A stretch of DNA of 64,000 nt from a virus. Under the pieces are notes generated by a model, which worked only from the letters and a program-made list of their open reading frames with translations, was not told where the DNA came from and searched no databases. This document shows positions 58,146 through 64,000 of the stretch, one piece after another. The position numbers were made by a program, and so were the translations under genes. The stretch covers positions 1 to 64,000 of IMG/VR virus record IMGVR_UViG_3300027770_000039; one strand, written 5' to 3'. Each line of letters begins with the position of its first letter. Position 1 is the first letter of the stretch.

Positions 58146-58852
58146 ATTTTTTTCCTATAACCATTTCTAAAAACTGATCTAACCGAAAGTTGCTGGGCTC
58201 TAATTTGTGTATCAGAATCTTTTTCTTTATTAAGCGAGCTTTCCCAATCATCTCTCTTAAAAGGAATAATTTGAATAATTGGAGTGCCTTGTTCAATTAC
58301 TCCTTTAAATCCTTTTTCTACAAAAAAAGACAAATAACCATCAGAAGCGTATTTATCTGTGTCTATCAACCCTGGGATAGCTTGTAGAGGGCTTTTTTCT
58401 CCGTGCATTGGGTTTATAAACAAACAACTATACCCTGGCTCTGTTCTGGCAACCCACATTGGATGTATTCTTATAACTTGCTTATGAAAATTATTAGGAA
58501 TAGGGTATTCTTTTATTTGTTCAGATAAATGATGAGCTAATAAAAATTTTTGAAACTCTCTTGTATCATTTGGAATATCAATTTTTAAAATATCTCCTGT
58601 AGCATCTATGCTTAAATCCATAGGGCAAAGTAAGTAATATCCAAAAGTCATAGAATCAAAAACAGCTTGACATTTTTTTACTGTTAAAAGCATATTTCCG
58701 CTATGAACAGATGTATCATCATTTAAATAGCTTTTTTGTTTTTTCCACCACTCTGGAAGCAATGAAGATACCGATTGAGGATTTGGGAATATTTTTTCAA
58801 GTCCTCTATACTTTGGAAGAAATTCAATCTTTATCAAACTAATGGAATCCAT
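58121..58852 (-). CDS. DUF6065-like protein
   Basis: LPEWW, TVKKC..VFDSMTFGY, TEPGYSCLFINP, PGLIDTD, QGTPIIQIIPFKRDDW. Confidence 0.6.
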   Translation of the reverse strand: MDSISLIKIEFLPKYRGLEKIFPNPQSVSSLLPEWWKKQKSYLNDDTSVHSGNMLLTVKKCQAVFDSMTFGYYLLCPMDLSIDATGDILKIDIPNDTREFQKFLLAHHLSEQIKEYPIPNNFHKQVIRIHPMWVARTEPGYSCLFINPMHGEKSPLQAIPGLIDTDKYASDGYLSFFVEKGFKGVIEQGTPIIQIIPFKRDDWESSLNKEKDSDTQIRAQQLSVRSVFRNGYRKKMWSKKIFR

Positions 58853-59394
58853 TTCTGATAGTATTGTCTGTGCAAATTTTGTAATGTAGATACAGAAAAA
58901 TATAAAAACATACTATCTTTATTTATTGTATCACAAAAATCTATTATATCTCCTTTATCAAATAGAATTAAGGTACCTTCTGGCGTATCTATTTCTTTTT
59001 CATTAATTATCATTTTATTGTTATTGCTTTTAATTACATATATCCCAGAAAAATTTAACCTTGTTCTATCTGGAGTTGTCACCAAAAAATTGTTGACAGA
59101 TTGATCTAGTAAATTTCCTAATAAATAGTAATAATTATTTTCAAAGTTTATTTTGTTTTTTTTGCACTCTTCTTTAATAATTTTAGATATTTCTAAATAT
59201 AATTTGTATATTTCTTTATGGTACATTCCAAAAAAATTAAAAGTTTTATAATCAATTAAAGAAATTTTTTTTGTTTTAATTTTTGTTCTGACTCCCCATT
59301 TTGCAGAACCTACTTCTTCATACATTGAGTCAATCATATCTTTATATTGTTTATATAAGAATTCGTTTCTAATGTTTTCTAGTTTTGTTATCAT
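58834..59394 (-). CDS. Degenerate paralogue of the 56042..56692 oxygenase
   Basis: FNFFGMYHKEIYKLYLEISKIIKEEC aligns with YNVFQFYHPGIYKLYKELSDVIKEAC; lacks the HxH ligands. Confidence 0.55.
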   Translation of the reverse strand: MITKLENIRNEFLYKQYKDMIDSMYEEVGSAKWGVRTKIKTKKISLIDYKTFNFFGMYHKEIYKLYLEISKIIKEECKKNKINFENNYYYLLGNLLDQSVNNFLVTTPDRTRLNFSGIYVIKSNNNKMIINEKEIDTPEGTLILFDKGDIIDFCDTINKDSMFLYFSVSTLQNLHRQYYQKWIPLV

Positions 59395-59399
59395 AATTT

Positions 59400-60041
59400 T
59401 TATTTCTCTAAAATTTCATTTGGGTTTTTTTCGTAAGGTCTGAGAGAATGCCAAGTTGCTGGTAAAATAGGATCTTTAAAGTGCTCTAAGTCTGGCTCTG
59501 TAATAATTTCTTTTGATTCTCCCAAAATTATATTTTCATTTTTTTTATTTTTTGATCTTTTAAACCTTAAAGCTAATATTAATTTAGCTGATTGTTTATG
59601 CATAGCAGATCCAGTTTTGCTTGCAGAAACACCTTGTCTAACTCTAACATTATACTTTGCCCACCAAACAGTATATCCCAATATGGCCAATGAAATATTT
59701 ATTTTTTTTCTTCTATAATAAGGCTGGCAGTAAACTCTATTTATCACAGCATCTTTACATTTTTTTATATTATCATTTTGTATGTTTGAAATGTCTATCC
59801 ATGAAGTAGGATATTCGTTATTTATAAAATTAGAAAATATTAATGTTCCAGAAGGATTTTTATCATTAAGGTAAAGGCATTCTATGCCTTTGTTTCCATT
59901 TACGTCTTGCATTAAAGTCCATTGAATCCAAGAACCTTTTATATACTTAGGGTATTTTCTAAATATTGGAAAAATAAAACCTTTTGTTGATTTTGCACCA
60001 ACAAATCCCATATTGTAAATATGCTTAACTAAATTAAGCAT
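59400..60041 (-). CDS. Hypothetical protein with GNAT-like motif A
   Basis: INRVYCQPYYRRKKI; start likely MLNLV at 60041. Confidence 0.45.
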   Translation of the reverse strand: MLNLVKHIYNMGFVGAKSTKGFIFPIFRKYPKYIKGSWIQWTLMQDVNGNKGIECLYLNDKNPSGTLIFSNFINNEYPTSWIDISNIQNDNIKKCKDAVINRVYCQPYYRRKKINISLAILGYTVWWAKYNVRVRQGVSASKTGSAMHKQSAKLILALRFKRSKNKKNENIILGESKEIITEPDLEHFKDPILPATWHSLRPYEKNPNEILEK

Positions 60042-60046
60042 GCTTA

Positions 60047-61363
60047 TTAGGCAGGGGTTGTAGGGTCGGTGTCTCCTGCTGTAGAGTCTTTCCATTGCTG
60101 GTAAAGTACCTCTAGAGATTCAGAAACGCTTTGGTTTGGCTCAGTAATAACGTTAGGTGATGTTATGTCTAGTCTAACTGAGTCGTGGACTAAAGAGTTG
60201 TCTGTAAAGAATACGTCATAAGGCTCTGTGTTAATAGTAATAACTAACTCTGGTCCCTCTGAAACTCTTAGCTCAATAATTGGCTGCCAATCATTGAATG
60301 TTGGAGAGTAGATTAAATCTGTTTCTACAATTTCATTAGCTGAAATAAATCTTGCTATTCCATCTCTTTTGGTTAGAACCCAGTGTGTATTTGTATATTT
60401 ATTTCCGTTAATTACATAAGTGGTCATTGCAATGTTTGCTGAAATAGACACCACTGTTGTTTCAATATCAGTATTAATTTGTGGGGCAGCAGATGACCAA
60501 GATTCAATAATTTCTTCTAGTCCTACTCCGTCCATTGGCAAATCATCAATTGCTGCTGAGTACAGAATATCTCCTGCAGAAACGTTGTGAGCTAACACAA
60601 GACCTTCAGGAACCTTTGAATGAATTAATGTATCTGCTCCAATTGATTTTCCTGGTGTAAAGCCGAACGGGGTGAAGCCGAACGGGGTGAAGCCGAACGG
60701 GGTGAAGCCGAACGGGGTAAAGCCGAACGGTGCAAAGCTGAATGGGGTTGTAGTAATATTTCCTGAATAATTAGACCATGCTCCATTTCCATTAGCATTT
60801 CTAGCCCGCACTCTAAAGTTCCAAACAAAGTCATTGTTTTGGCTTGCAAAATCTACGCTGTTTGTTCCAACTGCTACGGTCTTATTGTCGTCTCCGCCTC
60901 CACCATTATCTTCTAAATAATAATCAATAATTGCTGATCCACCGTCTGCTGGTGTTGACCAGGAAGCTCTATTGTTTTGTGCTCCATTGTTTGCTGCTGA
61001 CGGAGTTGAAATTGTATCAGGCACTGTTGTTGCAGTAATGCTATTAGACGCAGCAGATGCTGGCGAGTTTCCAACTGCATTTGTTGCTATAACTGTAAAT
61101 GTGTATGCTGTATTTGATTGTAGACCAGTTACAGACAGGGGAGATGATGCTCCTGACGCAGTGTATGATCCTGGAGAGGATGTTACTGTGTATGATGTGG
61201 CTGCAGGTGAGTCTTCTGGTAAAGAAAACGTTACATCAGCACGTCCATTATTGAATGCACGACCTGAACCTACATCTGTTGCGGCTACTGACGTTGGTGC
61301 TTTTGGCTCCAAAAAGTCATTTGATGCCTGTGCCTTTTTACCGAATTTCTTACCTGCTGCCAT
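60047..61363 (-). CDS. FnIII x2 - (PFGFT)n repeat - Hint domain protein
   Basis: FnIII motifs (VTGLQSNTAYTFTVIATNAVG; FRVRARNANG); repeats at aa 207-237; Hint at aa 240-394 (SIGADTLI, TNTH, INTEPYDVFFTDNSLVHD). Confidence 0.8.
   Translation of the reverse strand: MAAGKKFGKKAQASNDFLEPKAPTSVAATDVGSGRAFNNGRADVTFSLPEDSPAATSYTVTSSPGSYTASGASSPLSVTGLQSNTAYTFTVIATNAVGNSPASAASNSITATTVPDTISTPSAANNGAQNNRASWSTPADGGSAIIDYYLEDNGGGGDDNKTVAVGTNSVDFASQNNDFVWNFRVRARNANGNGAWSNYSGNITTTPFSFAPFGFTPFGFTPFGFTPFGFTPFGFTPGKSIGADTLIHSKVPEGLVLAHNVSAGDILYSAAIDDLPMDGVGLEEIIESWSSAAPQINTDIETTVVSISANIAMTTYVINGNKYTNTHWVLTKRDGIARFISANEIVETDLIYSPTFNDWQPIIELRVSEGPELVITINTEPYDVFFTDNSLVHDSVRLDITSPNVITEPNQSVSESLEVLYQQWKDSTAGDTDPTTPA
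60653..60745. repeat. 15-bp coding tandem repeat (about 6 copies)
   Basis: AAGCCGAACGGGGTG units encode PFSFA(PFGFT)5P on the minus strand. Confidence 0.95.
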
Positions 61364-61395
61364 TTTGAATCTCCTTTTTCCTATTTAAATTTCTA

Positions 61396-63099
61396 TTACG
61401 CCATCAAGTCGCCGTAGACAACCCATGTATTTGCTGCTCTCTTAAAGAGAGTTGCAGATGACCAGGTTGTACGAAGTTTCAAACCAGGTGTTGCGTTAAC
61501 AGTTACTCCACCAGCACCTGCAATTGTAACCTGACCAGTTGATGTCTGAAGGATATCAATAGAGGTTCCGACTGGGAAGTTTAGTGTTGCATCTGTTGGA
61601 ATTGTAAGTGTTAGTGCTGAAGATGATCCCATTTCAATTAAGTCATCTCTTTCAGTTAATGCTGAAAGTGTATAAGATGCTGTCTTCTGAATGATTGGTG
61701 TCCGTGATGGTACACCTTCCATTGTTTGTGTTCCGTCTGTAAATGCTACACCTGAAGCAGAGGCTGTAATTAATCCTGTTGCTGTAATTGCTGGTGCTGT
61801 TACTGTACCAGTAAATGTTGGTGAAGCAATTGGTGACTTTGTAGCAATTGAGTTTGTAATTGTTGTTGAGAATGATGCGTCATTTCCAAGAGCAGTTGCT
61901 AACTCATTAAGAGTATCAAGTACTGCAGGTGCTGATGCTACAAGGTTTGAAACTGCTGTTCCTACGAATGCTGTAGTTGCAACCTGTGTAGTTGATGTTC
62001 CTGCTGTTGCAGTTGGGGCAGTTGGTACACCAGTAAGTGCTGGTGAAGCAAGTGGTGCCTTTAGATCAAGTGCTGTCTGCGCTGCAGTTGAAACTGGCTT
62101 TGCTGTGTCTGCAGTATTATCAACATTTCCAAGACCAACCATTGACTTTGTAATACCAGAAACTGTTCCAGTGAAAGTTGGTGAGGCAAGGTCAGCCTTA
62201 AGTGCCAATCCTGAGTTAACAGTTGCAGTTAATGCTAATGCTGATGTGTCTGAAATACCGTGTACGCTTGTTGTATCTGCGGTGTGGGTATCTAAATTTG
62301 TTGCTGCTGTGGTAGCGGCAGCTGTAATTGCTGCTGCTCTAGCAGTTGCTTCTGCTGTAATTGCTGCGCCTCTAGCAGTTGCTTCTGCTGCGACTGCACC
62401 AGTAACATAAGTTTGATTTGCTAATACTGATGTGTCTGCAATTCCGTGTACAGATGTAGTATCATTGTTGTGAGCAGTAATTTCAGTATTGACATAGTTC
62501 ATTGTTGCCAATGCTGTCATGTCTGCTACTCCGTGAACGTTTGTGCTAACCTGACCGTGTGTTGCAATTCCTGCGACTGTCTGTGTTTGAATATCGTCTA
62601 CATATTTCTTAGTTGATGCATCATAATCTAATGTAGGTGTTGCAAGACCTGTGATTTTGCTATTACCCATTGCAATAGCGCCAGTCATTGTTCCGCCAGA
62701 TTTTGGTAATCTAGTATTTATGCTAGTATTCATTGTAGTTACAAAATTTGCGTCATCATTGATGGCTGCTGCTAACTCGTTAAGAGTATCTAGTACTCCA
62801 GGAGCTGCGTCAATTACATTTCCTAATTGATTAATCGGCACCTGTCCTTGTGCATCTAGTGATGCTACTCCGTTGGCAACGCCTCTATCGGCTACCTCAA
62901 GATAGTCTCCAAGTGTATTTGTTAAATCTGAAGGAACAACGTTTGCATAAGCTAGGGATGTCCAAGCAGTAGAACCTGTTCCAATTTTAGTTTTTCTAGT
63001 ATCTGACTCTACGCCCATTTCTCCTGCGGCTAGAGTTGGATTTGCTGAAGTCCATTGTGCTGCGGTACCTCTGCGAATTTGAATTCTTACTGTTGACAT
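61396..63099 (-). CDS. Tail fibre-like protein with an Mtd N-terminal-like domain
   Basis: IQIRRGTAAQWTSANPTLAAGEMG; AP.VLDTLNELA.A twice; VHG(I/V).D three times; promoter TGATATAAT at 63141-63133. Confidence 0.75.
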   Translation of the reverse strand: MSTVRIQIRRGTAAQWTSANPTLAAGEMGVESDTRKTKIGTGSTAWTSLAYANVVPSDLTNTLGDYLEVADRGVANGVASLDAQGQVPINQLGNVIDAAPGVLDTLNELAAAINDDANFVTTMNTSINTRLPKSGGTMTGAIAMGNSKITGLATPTLDYDASTKKYVDDIQTQTVAGIATHGQVSTNVHGVADMTALATMNYVNTEITAHNNDTTSVHGIADTSVLANQTYVTGAVAAEATARGAAITAEATARAAAITAAATTAATNLDTHTADTTSVHGISDTSALALTATVNSGLALKADLASPTFTGTVSGITKSMVGLGNVDNTADTAKPVSTAAQTALDLKAPLASPALTGVPTAPTATAGTSTTQVATTAFVGTAVSNLVASAPAVLDTLNELATALGNDASFSTTITNSIATKSPIASPTFTGTVTAPAITATGLITASASGVAFTDGTQTMEGVPSRTPIIQKTASYTLSALTERDDLIEMGSSSALTLTIPTDATLNFPVGTSIDILQTSTGQVTIAGAGGVTVNATPGLKLRTTWSSATLFKRAANTWVVYGDLMA

Positions 63100-63151
63100 T
63101 TTATTCCCCTTTTACTGCTTTAGTTATGATATATTATATCATTTTTTTTTG

Positions 63152-63511
63152 TTATGCTATTGAACCTGAATCAAAAACAAGTTGAAATGAAGAGGTAGAG
63201 GGATCTCCACCACTAGCTACACCAGTTGTGCCTGAATTGTCTACTCCGTTGGCTTGAACTGTGTATATAGGCTCTCCATCATAATCGATTGCCAGACCAA
63301 GGTCCATAAATGAAATTTCTTCAGATAAGTCTGGGATATCTGTTGCAAGTGCAACGTTAACCCAAGTATTATCTAATTGAATTTGTAATTTATTTGATGC
63401 TGTATCGAATCTTAAAGGGGTTGTTCCTAGTATGACTGAAGACTGGAATGTGGCAGATCCTGCGACATTGAGTCCGTTCTTTATTCTAAAGTTTTTATCT
63501 GTTGTTGCCAT
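63152..63511 (-). CDS. Hypothetical virion-associated protein
   Basis: MATTDKNFRIKNGL N-terminus; fibre-gene context. Confidence 0.65.
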   Translation of the reverse strand: MATTDKNFRIKNGLNVAGSATFQSSVILGTTPLRFDTASNKLQIQLDNTWVNVALATDIPDLSEEISFMDLGLAIDYDGEPIYTVQANGVDNSGTTGVASGGDPSTSSFQLVFDSGSIA

Positions 63512-63579
63512 TTAAGTTCACATATCCCCTAATTGTTTTTTTGGGGAGATTTCAGGCTCTCCCCTGGCCCTTTATTTAA

Positions 63580-64000
63580 TTATTTAATCAATGTTCCAAC
63601 TACAACAACTTCAGTGTTATTGTTTGCTGGGGTTACACGAATTCTTACATCTGAGCCAGAATAATCTGCAGTTACTGCAGCTAACTCTGTTCCGTTTGAA
63701 TATGTAATTCCATATTCAGAAACTGCTACGTTGTTAGAAGTATCAAGTGTAACTACTAGGTCTGATACCTGAGTGTGGCTACCATTTTTTGCTTTAACTA
63801 CAAGCTTAGCGCTTCTGTAATCTGCTGCTGCCCATGAGATAGCAGTTGTTGCTGCAGCGGTTACAATATTTCCAGTTGTTGCTGCAACTTGCTTGGCAAC
63901 AGAGTTGTAATTAATTGATGTAAATGCTGTAGTTCCGTTTTGCTGTGCTGTATTAGCTGCTGCTGCAGTTGCTTCTGCTGCTGCTTGAGCTGCGTTAGCT
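63580..64000 (-). CDS. C-terminal part of a fibre-like virion protein (starts beyond the window)
   Basis: Open frame ...AAADYRSAKLVVKAKNGSHTQVSDLVV...SEYG...VRIRVTP...GTLIK*. Confidence 0.75.
   Translation of the reverse strand, partial: ANAAQAAAEATAAAANTAQQNGTTAFTSINYNSVAKQVAATTGNIVTAAATTAISWAAADYRSAKLVVKAKNGSHTQVSDLVVTLDTSNNVAVSEYGITYSNGTELAAVTADYSGSDVRIRVTPANNNTEVVVVGTLIK

Noticed and set aside
60182-60646. Classical mobile intein with homing endonuclease
   Set aside because: Only 155 aa, no LAGLIDADG/HNH motifs, and not inserted in a conserved enzyme site; treated as a stand-alone Hint domain.
60653-60745. Tandem repeat as a CRISPR array
   Set aside because: The 15-bp units are contiguous with no spacers and lie in frame within a CDS.
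61396-63099. Diversity-generating retroelement suggested by the Mtd-like N-terminus
   Set aside because: No reverse transcriptase or TR/VR pair is visible in the window, and this N-terminal domain is widespread in fibres.
1-64000. Prophage boundaries, integrase, or an alternative genetic code
   Set aside because: No integrase, att-like repeat or host gene block was seen, and genes tile densely under the standard code.

Overview
The window is a 64-kb internal segment of a large, AT-rich tailed dsDNA phage with siphovirus-type morphogenesis. Every credible gene is on the minus strand; the + strand ORFs are antisense shadows. In transcription order (64000 to 1) it holds: tail-fibre-like genes; an FnIII/(PFGFT)n/Hint protein followed by 11 tightly coupled modifying-enzyme genes (GNAT-like, DUF6065/dUTPase-like fold, 2OG-Fe(II) oxygenases, GT60-like glycosyltransferase, SDR); a LamG protein; portal, protease, capsid, neck, tail tube, frameshifted tail chaperone, tape measure and tail tip/fibres; a replication module (metallophosphoesterase, DnaB, primase, SSB, DnaE, RecA, Cas4-like nuclease, RuvC); a displaced terminase pair; then accessory genes (carbamoyltransferase, TipAS-like, 2OG oxygenase, luciferase-like monooxygenase, Hsp20, thermonuclease, FmdB zinc ribbon, a secreted protein). 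The gene set and many probable leaderless transcripts suggest an actinobacterial host, possibly aquatic (inference only). No integrase, tRNA or CRISPR array was seen. The best candidate for a new system is 52678-61363: an apparently self-processing repeat-peptide protein with its own putative post-translational modification cassette. All family calls come from motif recognition by eye, not from database searches.
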